Shown: positions 8,243 through 19,482, counted from the first letter of the stretch. The stretch is DNA of 64,000 nt from Burkholderiales bacterium (GCA_046342195.1 JBKDQE010000020.1:18671-82670); one strand, 5' to 3'. Notes: generated from the sequence alone by a model not told the origin. Translations and numbers: made by a program.

Positions 8243-9778
8243 ATGCGCTATCTCAGTCGGCTCGGCTTCATTGCCTTTACCATGTTCAGGTTCGGCCTGG
8301 ACGAATTCCTCCTGCTGTACATCAAGCAGGGCTGGTTGCGCCAATGCTTCAAAATGCTCACTTGGGGCCGGCGTCTGGCGGCCCCCCGCGGAGCGCGGCT
8401 TCGCATGGCGCTTGAGCGCCTCGGCCCGATTTTCGTCAAATTCGGGCAAGTGCTTTCAACACGTCGTGACCTGCTGCCTCCTGATCTTGCTGACGAGCTG
8501 GCTTTGCTCCAGGATCGCGTGCCTCCCTTTTCAGGTGCCTTGGCCCGTCAGTTGATCGAAGAGGCCTTTGGTCGCTCGATTGACTCTATTTTTACGACGT
8601 TTGAAACTGAGGCGGTCGCCAGTGCCTCCATCGCCCAGGTGCATTTTGCCACCCTCCGAAATGGGCGTGAAGTGGCGGTCAAGGTCTTGCGCCCGGGGAT
8701 GCTGCCAGTGATCGATGATGACTTGGCCCTGATGCGCACCCTGGCCGCCTGGGTTGATCGCCTCTCAGACGACGGCAAGCGACTCAAACCCCGTGAGGTG
8801 GTGGCTGAATTCAGCAACCACCTGCACGATGAGCTCGACCTCGTTCGAGAGGCCGCCAATGCCGCCCAACTCAGGCGCAATATGGCCGGCTTGAACCTGG
8901 TCCTGATTCCTGAAATGCATTGGGATTTATGCCAATCTTCGGTGATCGTGATGGATCGTATGCGAGGCGTTCCCATCAGCCAAATCAGCCGGCTCAAAGA
9001 AGCCGGAGTCGATCTTCCCCGGCTGGCCCGCGATGGAGTCACCCTTTTCTTTACCCAGGTTTTTCGTGATGGCTTTTTCCATGCCGACATGCACCCGGGC
9101 AACATCATGATCAGCACAGAGCCCCCAACCCTCGGTCGCTACATTGCCCTGGACTTTGGCATTGTGGGCACACTCAGCGAGTTTGACAAACAATACTTGG
9201 CGCAAAATTTCATTGCCTTTTTTCGCCGCGACTACCGGCGCGTGGCTGAATTGCATGTTGAGTCAGGCTGGGTACCTCCAAGCACGCGGGTTGATGAACT
9301 GGAGGGCGCCGTCCGGGGGGTGTGTGAGCCTCACTTTGATCGCCCCCTCAAAGATATTTCCCTGGGACAGGTTCTGCTGAGGCTGTTTCAGGCTTCACGC
9401 CGTTTCAATGTATCAATTCAACCCCAACTCGTGTTGCTGCAAAAAACATTGCTGAATGTGGAGGGCCTCGGGCGCGAGCTTGACCCTGAGCTTGACCTTT
9501 GGCGCACTGCCAAGCCCTTTTTAGAGCGCTGGATGAACGAGCAAATCGGCTGGCGCGGTTTGTGGCTTAAATGGCGCAAAGAGGCACCTCACTATGCTCA
9601 GTTATGGCCAGAGCTCCCGCGCCTGATCCATCAGGCCCTTCAGCCGAAAGATCGCCCTGATCTGCGCCTGCTTGAAAATTTTCTGGTTCAACAAAAGCGC
9701 TGGTATCGATGGGTTCAGCTTCTCAGCAGCCTGCTGCTTGGGGTCTTGGTGGCCGGCCTATGGCGATGGTGGCGTTAG
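8243..9778 (+). CDS. ubiB: ubiquinone biosynthesis regulatory protein kinase UbiB
   Basis: ABC1/UbiB kinase motifs [35 protein letters not shown] and LDFGIVG, plus C-terminal TM helices. Confidence 0.9.
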   Translation: MRYLSRLGFIAFTMFRFGLDEFLLLYIKQGWLRQCFKMLTWGRRLAAPRGARLRMALERLGPIFVKFGQVLSTRRDLLPPDLADELALLQDRVPPFSGALARQLIEEAFGRSIDSIFTTFETEAVASASIAQVHFATLRNGREVAVKVLRPGMLPVIDDDLALMRTLAAWVDRLSDDGKRLKPREVVAEFSNHLHDELDLVREAANAAQLRRNMAGLNLVLIPEMHWDLCQSSVIVMDRMRGVPISQISRLKEAGVDLPRLARDGVTLFFTQVFRDGFFHADMHPGNIMISTEPPTLGRYIALDFGIVGTLSEFDKQYLAQNFIAFFRRDYRRVAELHVESGWVPPSTRVDELEGAVRGVCEPHFDRPLKDISLGQVLLRLFQASRRFNVSIQPQLVLLQKTLLNVEGLGRELDPELDLWRTAKPFLERWMNEQIGWRGLWLKWRKEAPHYAQLWPELPRLIHQALQPKDRPDLRLLENFLVQQKRWYRWVQLLSSLLLGVLVAGLWRWWR

Positions 9779-9854
9779 GCCAACGAAGCCATCCATTCAT
9801 CGGCCTTCAAGCCCGCACACATCGGCATGCCCCTTTATACTGACAAGTGACAAG

Positions 9855-9882
9855 GCCGAGGCGGTGCTCGGCAATTTTTTTT
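9855..9882 (+). terminator. rho-independent terminator after ubiB
   Basis: Hairpin GCCGAG-GCGGTG-CTCGGC followed by AATTTTTTTT. Confidence 0.6.
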
Positions 9883-9908
9883 CTGGTCTTTTTTTAAGGT
9901 GTTGACAT

Positions 9909-10247
9909 ATGCCGATCTACGCTTACCGCTGTGAGTCGTGCGGCCACGCGCAAGATGTGCTGCAAAAAATCTCAGATTCCCCCTTGACCACCTGCCCGGC
10001 CTGTGGTGCTGAACAGTTCAAAAAACAGGTTACGGCAGCCGGGTTTCAACTCAAGGGAAGCGGCTGGTACGTGACTGATTTTCGAGGCGGCAGTTCTGGC
10101 GGCAAGCCCTCAGACGCCTCTTCGCCCCCCGAGCCTTCGGCTGCAGAAGCCTCATGCCCGGCGCAACCGGCTGCTGACGCCTCATGCGATGCTTGTTCGC
10201 CGTCTTCCGGGGAAGCCTCTTCAACGCCGGCTTCCTCCCATTCCTAA
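9909..10247 (+). CDS. FmdB-family zinc-ribbon protein
   Basis: MPIYAYRCESCGH...TCPACG CxxC pairs followed by a low-complexity S/P/A tail. Confidence 0.85.
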   Translation: MPIYAYRCESCGHAQDVLQKISDSPLTTCPACGAEQFKKQVTAAGFQLKGSGWYVTDFRGGSSGGKPSDASSPPEPSAAEASCPAQPAADASCDACSPSSGEASSTPASSHS

Positions 10248-10268
10248 CTCCCACGCATCGAGGGCCCC

Positions 10269-10928
10269 GTGAAAAAATACCTTCTCGCCGGCTTGCTGGT
10301 CTGGCTTCCTTTGGCCGTTACTGTTTGGGTGCTGCACACCGCTTTGGGTGCCCTTGATGGCTTGTTTGCATGGCTCTTGACGGCAGGGCAGTCGGTCTTG
10401 CCTTATTCGGTTTATGAGCAACTAGAGGCGCTCAAGGGCATCCCTGGTTTGGGTGTGCTGGCGATGATCATGGGCTTGATCATCACGGGTATTTTTGCCA
10501 CCAACATGGTGGGCCAGTGGTGGCTGAGGCAAGGCAGCCGCGTGCTGCAAAAAATCCCTATCGTCAAGTCTATTTACCGTTCTGTCAAGCAAGTTTCCGA
10601 CACCCTGTTTTCCAGCAATGGCAATGCCTTCCGCCAAGCTGTTTTGGTCGAATACCCGCGTCGGGGCTGCTGGACCATTGCTTTTGTGACGGGCCAGCCC
10701 AGTGGCGAAACGGCACAATTTTTGCGCGCCCAGCAAGATCACTTCATCAGCCTGTATGTGCCCACCACTCCCAACCCAACCTCGGGTTTTTTCCTGATGG
10801 TGCCGCGCAGTGAGGTGATTGAATTGTCCATGAGTGTCGATGCGGCGCTCAAATACATCATTTCGATGGGCGTGGTTGCCCCCGTTAATCCGGCCTTTGT
10901 AGCCGAGGCCCCTGGGCGCCCGGCCTGA
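10269..10928 (+). CDS. DUF502 membrane protein
   Basis: Two N-terminal TM helices and the conserved [13 protein letters not shown]...TTPNPTSGF segment typical of DUF502. GTG start. Confidence 0.8.
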   Translation: MKKYLLAGLLVWLPLAVTVWVLHTALGALDGLFAWLLTAGQSVLPYSVYEQLEALKGIPGLGVLAMIMGLIITGIFATNMVGQWWLRQGSRVLQKIPIVKSIYRSVKQVSDTLFSSNGNAFRQAVLVEYPRRGCWTIAFVTGQPSGETAQFLRAQQDHFISLYVPTTPNPTSGFFLMVPRSEVIELSMSVDAALKYIISMGVVAPVNPAFVAEAPGRPA

Positions 10929-11014
10929 ATCCCGCGTGGGCTCATTCTGGCCCGAGCCTGCCCCCAAGCCCTTTGGCCCCGGCATTTTTGATTTTTGCAC
11001 TTTGGAGTTCATCC

Positions 11015-12814
11015 ATGAGAACAACCTACTGTGGTTTGGTCAGTCACGCCTTGATGGGGCAAACCATTACCCTCATGGGGTGGGCGCATCGCCGCCGCGA
11101 CCATGGTGGCGTCATCTTCATTGACTTGCGTGACCGCGAAGGCTTGGTCCAGGTGGTCTGTGACCCCGATCGTGCCGCCATGTTCAAAACGGCCGAAGGG
11201 GTGCGCAACGAGTTTTGCCTGAAAGTCGAAGGCACAGTGCGGGCGCGTCCCGAAGGCACTGACAACCCCCATCTCACCAGCGGCAAGGTAGAGGTGCTGT
11301 GTCATTCTCTGGAGGTCTTGAACCCCAGCGTCACCCCCCCCTTCCAGCTTGATGACGACAACCTGTCCGAAACCACGCGGCTGACCCATCGCGTGCTCGA
11401 TTTGCGTCGCCCCATGATGCAAAAAAACCTCATGCTGCGTTACCGTGCGGCCATGGAAGTGCGCAAATTCCTCGACGCTCATGGCTTCATTGACATCGAA
11501 ACCCCCATGCTCACCAAGAGCACCCCGGAGGGCGCACGTGATTACCTGGTGCCCAGCCGTGTCAATGAAGGTGAATTTTTCGCCTTGCCTCAAAGCCCTC
11601 AACTTTTTAAACAATTGCTGATGGTCTCAGGCTTTGATCGTTACTACCAGATCACCAAGTGCTTCCGAGACGAAGACTTGCGCGCAGATCGTCAGCCCGA
11701 ATTCACTCAAATCGATATCGAAACCAGCTTCCTGACTGAAACCGACATTCGCAGCATGTTCGAAAACATGATTCGCAAGGTGTTCAAAACGGTGATCGGG
11801 GTTGATTTACCTGAATACCCTGTCATGGCTTATGCCGAGGCCATGCACCGCTTCGGCTCCGACAAACCTGACCTGCGCGTCAAATTAGAGTTCACTGAAC
11901 TCACCGATGTCATGAAAGATGTCGAATTCAAGGTGTTCAGCGCACCCGCCACCACCCCGGGCGGGCGAGTGGTGGCTTTGCGTGTGCCGAAAGGCGCTGA
12001 TGCAGAGAATGGCCTGAGCCGCGGTGAAATTGATGCCTACACCGAATTTGTTAAAGTGTACCGGGCCAAAGGCCTGGCCTGGATCAAGGTGAATGAACTC
12101 AGCAAAGGCCGGGAGGGTTTGCAAAGCCCGATTGTCAAAAACCTGCACGACAAAGCCTTGACTGACATTCTCTCGCGCACGGGCGCCCAAAATGGCGACC
12201 TCATTTTCTTCGGCGCCGACAAAGAAAAGGTTGTCAATGATGCCATGGGGGCCTTGCGCATCAAAATCGGCCACAGTGACTTTGGCAAAGCCAATGGGTT
12301 GTTTCAAGACTGCTGGGCGCCTCTTTGGGTGGTTGATTTTCCCATGTTCGAATACGATGAAGACGCTCAGCGCTGGAATGCCGTGCATCACCCCTTCACC
12401 GCGCCAAAAGACGGCCACGAAGACTGGATGGACACCGACCCCGGACGCTGCACCGCCAAGGCCTACGACATGGTTCTCAACGGCTGGGAGCTCGGCGGCG
12501 GCTCGATCCGCATTCACCGTGCCGATGTTCAAAGTAAAGTGTTCCGGGCCCTCAAAATCAGTGCCTCCGAAGCTCAGCTGAAATTCGGTTTCCTGCTTGA
12601 CGCCTTGCAGTATGGCGCGCCCCCCCATGGCGGCCTGGCCTTCGGCCTCGATCGCCTGGTCACCCTCATGACCAAGGCCGAAAGTATTCGCGACGTCATC
12701 GCCTTCCCCAAGACCCAGCGCGCCCAGTGCCTGCTCACCCATGCCCCCAGCCCGGTCGATGACAAGCAGCTCCGCGAGCTGCACATTCGGCTGAAAAAGG
12801 CCACGGCCCAGTGA
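11015..12814 (+). CDS. aspS: aspartate--tRNA ligase
   Basis: Class IIb motifs: start [48 protein letters not shown]. ~600 aa from the ATG at 11015. Confidence 0.95.
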   Translation: MRTTYCGLVSHALMGQTITLMGWAHRRRDHGGVIFIDLRDREGLVQVVCDPDRAAMFKTAEGVRNEFCLKVEGTVRARPEGTDNPHLTSGKVEVLCHSLEVLNPSVTPPFQLDDDNLSETTRLTHRVLDLRRPMMQKNLMLRYRAAMEVRKFLDAHGFIDIETPMLTKSTPEGARDYLVPSRVNEGEFFALPQSPQLFKQLLMVSGFDRYYQITKCFRDEDLRADRQPEFTQIDIETSFLTETDIRSMFENMIRKVFKTVIGVDLPEYPVMAYAEAMHRFGSDKPDLRVKLEFTELTDVMKDVEFKVFSAPATTPGGRVVALRVPKGADAENGLSRGEIDAYTEFVKVYRAKGLAWIKVNELSKGREGLQSPIVKNLHDKALTDILSRTGAQNGDLIFFGADKEKVVNDAMGALRIKIGHSDFGKANGLFQDCWAPLWVVDFPMFEYDEDAQRWNAVHHPFTAPKDGHEDWMDTDPGRCTAKAYDMVLNGWELGGGSIRIHRADVQSKVFRALKISASEAQLKFGFLLDALQYGAPPHGGLAFGLDRLVTLMTKAESIRDVIAFPKTQRAQCLLTHAPSPVDDKQLRELHIRLKKATAQ

Positions 12815-12866
12815 GTGCCCCGCACTCACGGCATGGTGTTTTGCAGCGGGGCCCCGAGGCCCCGCC

Positions 12867-13349
12867 ATGACCCACACCAACGCCCGCCCCCCCAAAATTC
12901 CCGAGTCGGTTTTGGTGGTGGTTTACACCCCCCGGCTGGAGGTGCTGCTGCTCGAACGCGCTGATCGCCCCGGTTTTTGGCAAAGTGTGACGGGCTCCAA
13001 AGACCACATCCATGAGCCTTTGATCCAAGTGGCCCGGCGTGAAGTGGCCGAAGAAACCGGCATTCACATCGGTTCAGCTCAGGTGCCTGAGTCGGCCCTG
13101 CAAGCCTGGAATATCACCCACACCTATGAAATTTATGCCCTCTGGCAGCACCGCTATGCTCCCGGCGTCACACACAACACCGAGCATGTTTTTGGCTTGT
13201 GTGTGCCCCCTGATGTGACAATTTCCCTCGCCCCGCGAGAGCATTTGCAGTACCGTTGGTTGCCATGGGTCGAAGCAGCTCAAGCCTGCTTTTCCCCCTC
13301 CAATGCGGAGGCCATTCGGCAACTTCCACGGTTTTCCGACACTTCATGA
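12867..13349 (+). CDS. nudB: NUDIX hydrolase (dihydroneopterin triphosphate diphosphatase-like)
   Basis: Nudix box GSKDHIHEPLIQVARREVAEETG. Conserved position after aspS. Confidence 0.7.
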   Translation: MTHTNARPPKIPESVLVVVYTPRLEVLLLERADRPGFWQSVTGSKDHIHEPLIQVARREVAEETGIHIGSAQVPESALQAWNITHTYEIYALWQHRYAPGVTHNTEHVFGLCVPPDVTISLAPREHLQYRWLPWVEAAQACFSPSNAEAIRQLPRFSDTS

Positions 13350-14197
13350 TGTTTTTTCAATCAACGCGCTCACCCCCCTTCAATGAAGAGGTTTTGCGTG
13401 TCGCCACTTACAATATCCATAAAGGGGTTCGTGGCTTGGGGCCTGTCAAGCGGCTCGAAATTCACAATCTGTTGTTGGGCATTGAATCCCTCGATGCCGA
13501 TCTCGTGTTTCTTCAGGAAGTTCGCAGTTTTCATCATGGCCACGCCCGTGAGTTCAAACGAAGCTCTTTGGGCTGGCCAGAGCAAGGCCAGGCTGATTTT
13601 CTCGCCCCCGAGGGCTATGAGGCGGCCTACCGCACCAACGCTGTCACGCCAGAAGGTGAACACGGCAATGCCTTGCTGTCTCGCTGGCCTATGGGGGCCA
13701 TTGGGCACCACGATGTCTCTGATCATCGCTTTGAGCAGCGCGGCTTGCTGTATGTGCCTGTGCACTGGGGTGGGGGGCTGGTGCATGCCATTGTGGCCCA
13801 TTTGGGCCTGATGCATTCCAGTCGGGTGCGCCAAATCGAAAGAATGGCACGCTTTATCCAGAGGTGTGTACCGCCACAAGACCGCCTGTTGGTGGCGGGT
13901 GACTTCAATGACTGGGGTGAAAAGCTCGATGCCCCGATGCGCCAAATGGGGCTCATACGCGCTGAAATTCCGGGTGTGCCACCGCCTCGCACCTTCCCCT
14001 CCAAAGTGCCCATCTTCTCCCTGGACCGCATTTACGCCCGAGGCTTTCAATGCACCAGCGGGGTCGTCCCCCGTGGCCCCGCCTGGGCCCGCATGTCAGA
14101 CCATTTACCCTTGGTGGTTGATCTGGAGCCTGCTCCGAAAGTCCTTGTCGGGCAAAGCCCTGGAGGTTCTGAAAGAATCATCAGGGATAACACTTAG
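13346..14197 (+). CDS. endonuclease/exonuclease/phosphatase (EEP) family protein
   Basis: LRVATYNIHKG, DADLVFLQEV, GDFNDW and SDHLPL motifs. ATGA overlap with the upstream gene. Confidence 0.8.
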   Translation: MMFFQSTRSPPFNEEVLRVATYNIHKGVRGLGPVKRLEIHNLLLGIESLDADLVFLQEVRSFHHGHAREFKRSSLGWPEQGQADFLAPEGYEAAYRTNAVTPEGEHGNALLSRWPMGAIGHHDVSDHRFEQRGLLYVPVHWGGGLVHAIVAHLGLMHSSRVRQIERMARFIQRCVPPQDRLLVAGDFNDWGEKLDAPMRQMGLIRAEIPGVPPPRTFPSKVPIFSLDRIYARGFQCTSGVVPRGPAWARMSDHLPLVVDLEPAPKVLVGQSPGGSERIIRDNT

Positions 14198-14571
14198 AAG
14201 GCCCCCCAAATATGGTCTGGACACCTTAAGAAGCAGGGCCATAAAATAGCCATCACTGAGGTTCAGTGCGTTCTGCAAAATTGCAAAACCCTTCATTGTG
14301 ATCGAAGGCTTTGCCGGAGGGCGTCTGAGGCCTTGGTTTTCGGGCTTGTTTCACCGCAACAAGTTGCGGAATTCCCCTGGCAGATCACCCGTGCCAAGCA
14401 GAAATCATTTATAAATTATTCTTGAAGGGAGACAAAGTTTTTTATAAAAATATAAATTTTTATGGTTTTAATTTTGACTTTTGTTTTTACTGAAAAAGTT
14501 TTTTCAAAAAAAAATAATAAAAATTATTTATGCAGTAATTTGTAAAATTTTATCAATCAGTTGGAGTATTT

Positions 14572-15975
14572 ATGTCGGTTAATTATACAAAAGATCCTCA
14601 AGGCGGGTTCATTGCAGAGGTTCAGATTAAGGAGGGTGTTTTTGCTCAGATAAAAACAAAAGAAAAGTTTTCGGCTCAGCAGGAGCAATCTATAGATATT
14701 ATTATAAAAGATCTAGCCAATACAACAATTACCTCCTTCGACGACTTTAATAAAAATAGGGATTTGATCAATCAGACATTTAAAGAAAATAAAGAATTTC
14801 AAGAAATCCTCCCAGGTGTCGAGATTGCTTCTTTTTCAAAAGAACCTACTATAATTAGCCCAGCCGTAAGCCAGCCATCAAATACTTCTGTTGCACCAAA
14901 TAATACAGAGGCCAACAATAATCCAAATCAGCCCTCTGCCAATTCTGGTGAAAGTCAAACTCCTGATAATTCAACCCAAAATCCAGAAGCGACTTCATCT
15001 TCGCCGTCTCCAGAAGCAAAGGCCAATTTTAAAATCGAAGAGGCCGTTAATAAAGAAGGTAAAAAATTATATCAGGCAACTAACGGCAGCTTGTATCTTT
15101 ACTTTACATTGCCAAGTGACTCAAATTTGAGCCCGGAAAATTCAGAAAAAATTAAAATCCTTTTTAACGACGCCAAGCCAGAGACTCTGGAAGCTGAATT
15201 CAAGAAACTCAACATCGATAAGATCGCAGATATTTCTGTTCTGCCATCTCCAAAACCTGAGTTTCCAAAGGAGGCGAAAGATATCACTCCTGCAAGCGCT
15301 GAGCAGCCTCAGCAAGCCGAAACCCAAGTTCCTACGGCCCCTCCGGAGCATGGCGTTTCTGTTCGATGGAATAATAATGGATATGAGTACAGGTTTTACA
15401 ACCCTGACACTAAAAATGCTGTATACGTTACCACTCAGAAAGAAATTCCACAAGACAAGGTAAATTCTATTTATTCTGGTATTCAAAAGGACATAGATTG
15501 GTCAAATGCTCAAAGCACTGATAATACGAATAAAATTGTCGAATTCCTAAAAAGTCAGGAGGTTTCCTTAAAAGGTGACGGTGGTTTGAAATTACCTGGG
15601 AATCCTGAGTATATATTGCTGAAGACAGAGGAACCTAATTATTCTTATAAGTTGCGCGAAAGTAGCAGGGCCTCGAATTATTCTATACCGACAAGTCAGG
15701 GTGTTTTGTCGTTTTCGTATGCAGGCACTATAGAGCAAGAGGAGTTGCAAAAAATTACCAATTGGGTGAATTCAGCAGATGACAAAGTCCGTGAGAAAAT
15801 TTTAAAAGATAAAAATAAAGGGCTTAGCGCGTGGGGATTTAAGGATATCAATTACGTCGCAAATTCCGTTAATAGCACTGATTTGATAACTCCTGAAAAA
15901 ACTCAAACCCCTAAAACCCAAACTCGTGAAATCCAACCTCGTAAAACCGTCCCAAACATAGCCCCAAGAATGTAA
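14572..15975 (+). CDS. orphan hypothetical protein, AT-rich, four repeated modules with P/S/T/N/Q linkers
   Basis: Uninterrupted 467-codon frame in strongly AT-rich DNA, where random ORFs are unlikely. GGAG lies 8 nt before the ATG. I recognise no domain. Confidence 0.7.
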   Translation: MSVNYTKDPQGGFIAEVQIKEGVFAQIKTKEKFSAQQEQSIDIIIKDLANTTITSFDDFNKNRDLINQTFKENKEFQEILPGVEIASFSKEPTIISPAVSQPSNTSVAPNNTEANNNPNQPSANSGESQTPDNSTQNPEATSSSPSPEAKANFKIEEAVNKEGKKLYQATNGSLYLYFTLPSDSNLSPENSEKIKILFNDAKPETLEAEFKKLNIDKIADISVLPSPKPEFPKEAKDITPASAEQPQQAETQVPTAPPEHGVSVRWNNNGYEYRFYNPDTKNAVYVTTQKEIPQDKVNSIYSGIQKDIDWSNAQSTDNTNKIVEFLKSQEVSLKGDGGLKLPGNPEYILLKTEEPNYSYKLRESSRASNYSIPTSQGVLSFSYAGTIEQEELQKITNWVNSADDKVREKILKDKNKGLSAWGFKDINYVANSVNSTDLITPEKTQTPKTQTREIQPRKTVPNIAPRM

Positions 15976-16139
15976 TTCACCACCCCTGAAAACCCCTTGA
16001 ACCTGACCCAATCTGGCGAGCTTGCATAGGTTTGGATGAAATTTTTTGGGGTTTTCATCCCGCCTTCGATGAACCCCCGGTCAGCGCTGACTGAATTCCA
16101 TGACTCACGTACGGAATTGATCATGGAACTGATTTGTAA

Positions 16140-16260
16140 AAATCCTTACACAGATTCCCTTGGTTTGCGTCAGTCTTATGAACATAAAAACTCGGGAAAT
16201 TTTCATCGCCAAATAAGCAGTCCTGCCAGTATTCATCAGATTTTTTAGTTTTGCAGGGCC
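16140..16260 (+). mobile_element. IS630-family right-end remnant
   Basis: ...AAATTTTCATCGCCAAATAAGCAGTCCTGCCAGTATTCATCAGATTTTTTAGTTTTGCAGGGCC closely parallels 58017-58078, which lies downstream of the IS630 transposase fragment. Confidence 0.45.
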
Positions 16261-16364
16261 CTCTAAAAAGCCATCAAGAATGGATCATCTGTGTTGAATA
16301 TCGCTATCATGCTTCATCGACCCGGCGTATGATTTGAGAGTGTAACGGCTTCAAGCCTTTCAAT

Positions 16365-17171
16365 ATGAACTCATGCTTGCTGGCTGATGAGGGTGTCAAA
16401 ATTCGCGTTTTGGGTTGCTCCGGGGCCATTGCCCAAGGCTGCCAAACTACCTCGTTTTTGCTTGATAACAGGGTGCTGATTGATGCTGGAACCGGCGTCG
16501 CGGATTTGCCCCTTGAGGCATTGATCCAGGTAGATCATATTTTGATCAGCCACTCCCACCTGGACCATATTCTTGCGGTTCCCTTGTTGGCTGACACGGT
16601 AATTCGGAATCGAATGGCAAGGGGTGCTCAGCCGATTGTTTTGCATGCCTTGCCTGAAACCATCGAGGCTTTGCATACCCATATTTTTAACGGGGTGATT
16701 TGGCCTGATTTCACACGATTACCCTCCAAGATGGCGCCAGTGCTGCAGATGCAGGCGTTTGAAGTCGGAGACACCTTATCGCTTGCTGGCCGACAAATTG
16801 AAATTTTGAGTGCGTCACACACGGTGCCGGCCGTGGGTTTTGCGGTGCACACCGAGCGTGGAGCTTGGGTGTATACAGGCGATACCGGGCCGAACCCGGC
16901 CCTGTGGAAACGCTTGGCGCAATTTCAGGTGGCTCAACTGGTGATTGAAGTGGCTTTTGCGAACGAGGCACAAAATCTGGCCCGAATCAGCCGCCATCTG
17001 TGCCCCTCCGAATTAGAGCAAGAATTGAAGCAATTGAAAGGCAGCATCGAGGTGTTCATCACGCATATCAAGCCTGGTGAAGAAGCTGCAGTGATGACCG
17101 AGCTGGCCCAAATTCAAACGCCCCATCGCATTCAGGCCCTGGTGGCAGGTCAAGAAATGCGCTGGGGCTGA
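16365..17171 (+). CDS. class II 3',5'-cyclic-nucleotide phosphodiesterase-like MBL-fold hydrolase
   Basis: HSHLDH metal motif and overall length and pattern of class II cAMP phosphodiesterases. Confidence 0.7.
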   Translation: MNSCLLADEGVKIRVLGCSGAIAQGCQTTSFLLDNRVLIDAGTGVADLPLEALIQVDHILISHSHLDHILAVPLLADTVIRNRMARGAQPIVLHALPETIEALHTHIFNGVIWPDFTRLPSKMAPVLQMQAFEVGDTLSLAGRQIEILSASHTVPAVGFAVHTERGAWVYTGDTGPNPALWKRLAQFQVAQLVIEVAFANEAQNLARISRHLCPSELEQELKQLKGSIEVFITHIKPGEEAAVMTELAQIQTPHRIQALVAGQEMRWG

Positions 17172-17219
17172 AACGCGACTGCGCCCAGATCACGACGAGG
17201 GGTCTATCGGCCTTAGGTT

Positions 17220-18794
17220 TCAGAGTGCCTCGTACAGCGGCAAGGTGAGAAACTCGGCAAATTCGTCTTGAGTGCTCATTTGTATGAAAATTTCAGCAGC
17301 TCGTTCGAACTGCCCCTCAAAACCGCCTGCCCGGATGTTGGCCAACTCTTCCGGAACCAGCGCCTTGACCAGCTCAGCCGTTACTTTTCGCCCGTCGTCA
17401 AGGAGCCCCTTGGGTGAACGGATCCATTGCCAAACTTGGCTACGGCTGATCTCGGCTGTGGCAGCGTCTTCCATGAGGTGGTGAATTGGCACGCAGCCAT
17501 TGCCCGCCAACCAAGCCCCAAGGTAGTGAATACCAACATGGATGTTCATGCGCAAGCCGGCTTCCGTGATTGGGGTTTCAGGCTGAAAATTGAGCAGGTC
17601 AGCGGCAGCCACTTGAATGTCATCGCGTTGCCGATCGATCTGGTTGGGTTTGTCGCCGAGAACCGCCAAAAACTCATTCATGGCGGGCTGCACCAAGCCC
17701 GGATGAGCCACCCAGCCACCATCGTAGCCATCGGTGGCATCGCGCTTTTTGTCGGCGACGATCCCCGCCATGGCGATGGCGTTTTTTGCTGGATCATTTT
17801 TGATCGGAATCAAGGCACTCATGCCGCCTATCGCAGGGGCCCCGCGGCGATGGCAGGTTTTCAGCAGCAACAAGGCATAGGCACGCATAAAGGGAGATGT
17901 CATGGTGACCTTGGCCCGGTCAGCCAGGCAAAAGTTGCGATCCACCTTGAATTTCTTGATGCAGCTAAAAATATAGTCCCAACGGCCCGCATTCAGGCCC
18001 GCTGAATGCTCGCGGAGTTCATAGAGGATTTCATCCATCTCGAAGGCCGCCAGAATGGTTTCGATGAGCACCGTGGCTTTGATGGTGCCCTGAGGCAAAC
18101 CCAGCTCGTTTTGGGTGAACACGAAAATGTCATTCCACAACCGGGCCTCTTGATGGCTTTCCAATTTGGGCAAGTAGAAAAAGGGCCCGGCACCGCGTTG
18201 AATCAGCTCTTTGGCATTGTGAAACATGAACAGGGCAAAATCAAAGAGGCCGCCGTGAACACGCTGGCCATCAATCAGGATGTGTTTTTCATCAAGGTGC
18301 CAGCCCCGCGGGCGCACTTGCAAGGTGGCAACCTTGTCATCAAGGCGATACACCTTCCCCTTGGACTCCAGGGTGAGCGTGCGGCGAATGGCTTGGTAGA
18401 GATTGATCTGGCCTTGAATTTGATTCGTCCAGCTGGGGCTGTTGCTGTCTTCGAAATCACTCATGTAGCTGTCGGCGCCTGAATTGAAGGCGTTGATAAT
18501 CATTTTGGCATCTACGGGACCCGTAATTTCGACACGCCGACATTGCAGCGCCGCAGGGAGAGGCGCGATGCGCCAATGGCCCTCGCGAATGTGTGCGGTG
18601 TGCGGGAGAAAATCAGGGCGCTCTCCGGCATCCAGCCGCTTGGCCCGCTCGGCACGGGCAAGCAGGATTTCCTGGCGGCGCGGCTCGAAGGCGCGATGAA
18701 GCTGGGCCACCAACTCCAGGGCCGGGGCCGACAAAATAGCCTCAAAACCCGGTGAAATAGGGGCATTGATTTCCACACCTGCGGGAAGTTTCAT
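17220..18794 (-). CDS. aceB: malate synthase A
   Basis: ~524 aa with typical malate synthase A blocks (RVEITGP, FEDSNSP, GRWDYIFS, AHPGLV). Confidence 0.95.
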   Translation of the reverse strand: MKLPAGVEINAPISPGFEAILSAPALELVAQLHRAFEPRRQEILLARAERAKRLDAGERPDFLPHTAHIREGHWRIAPLPAALQCRRVEITGPVDAKMIINAFNSGADSYMSDFEDSNSPSWTNQIQGQINLYQAIRRTLTLESKGKVYRLDDKVATLQVRPRGWHLDEKHILIDGQRVHGGLFDFALFMFHNAKELIQRGAGPFFYLPKLESHQEARLWNDIFVFTQNELGLPQGTIKATVLIETILAAFEMDEILYELREHSAGLNAGRWDYIFSCIKKFKVDRNFCLADRAKVTMTSPFMRAYALLLLKTCHRRGAPAIGGMSALIPIKNDPAKNAIAMAGIVADKKRDATDGYDGGWVAHPGLVQPAMNEFLAVLGDKPNQIDRQRDDIQVAAADLLNFQPETPITEAGLRMNIHVGIHYLGAWLAGNGCVPIHHLMEDAATAEISRSQVWQWIRSPKGLLDDGRKVTAELVKALVPEELANIRAGGFEGQFERAAEIFIQMSTQDEFAEFLTLPLYEAL

Positions 18795-18966
18795 GGGTTT
18801 TTCTCCGTATCAGTGAAGGATGGACTGCAGCCCCTTATTGTGTGCCGTACTCAAGCCCATGTGATGCCCACATGCAAACCAAGGCCTCAAATTTCAGGCC
18901 CTCTCGACACAATTGCAACAGCCATAGAAGTGTCCACAGGGGGTGAATAGCCCCTTCTTTTGGAAA

Positions 18967-19482
18967 TCATTCATTGCGCCACCTCGTCATTCCTGATGAT
19001 AAAGTCTGCGCCCCCCAGCCTTCGGGTTCAAAGCTACGCGCCGCTTCCCATTGCATGTCGCGGGGCGCTCCGCTTAAATCTCTCCAGGCCACTTTCAGGG
19101 TGATACTGCGCCAGCCAGCTTGGGGGGTGTGAATTTCGCGCGTTACAGTAAAATGAGTGCCTGAGCTCATCAGCCCATCACTGAAAATTTTTTCTTGACC
19201 ATCAGGCGGGAGGTTGTGCCAAGGCAGCGCTTGCAAGCGTTCGATTTCTGATTCTGCCAGGGTGGTTGCTTGCGTGATGTCTTGAGCCAATTGTTGATGA
19301 GCCTGGATCGCCATTTGAGCAGGCATAAGCCCGAGGATGCTGAAGCTAAGAATTGCAAATCCAATTAGGGCCTCCAGCAGCAGGCCACCTTGCTGCGGCC
19401 GAATGCCAACCCAAAATGCAGAACCCCATGGCCGCCAAATGCAACAAAGGCTTGTGCTGCTTGTATTGCGCCCGAGTGTCAT
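18967..19482 (-). CDS. PilV-like type IV minor pilin
   Basis: Prepilin-type cleavage/methylation segment QQGG|LLLEALIGFAILSFSILGL. ATGA overlap with the upstream PilX-like gene. Confidence 0.6.
   Translation of the reverse strand: MTLGRNTSSTSLCCIWRPWGSAFWVGIRPQQGGLLLEALIGFAILSFSILGLMPAQMAIQAHQQLAQDITQATTLAESEIERLQALPWHNLPPDGQEKIFSDGLMSSGTHFTVTREIHTPQAGWRSITLKVAWRDLSGAPRDMQWEAARSFEPEGWGAQTLSSGMTRWRNE

Noticed and set aside
11885-12895. 336-aa minus-strand ORF
   Set aside because: Antisense to aspS. No recognisable motifs; a GC-driven open frame.
13370-14050. 226-aa minus-strand ORF
   Set aside because: Antisense to the EEP-family gene, which carries clear catalytic motifs.
16036-16248. 70-aa plus-strand ORF as a small gene at the island border
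   Set aside because: Its last ~17 residues (..NFHRQISSPASIHQIF) parallel the frameshifted tail of the IS630 remnant at 58009-58075. It is better explained as IS debris than as a gene.
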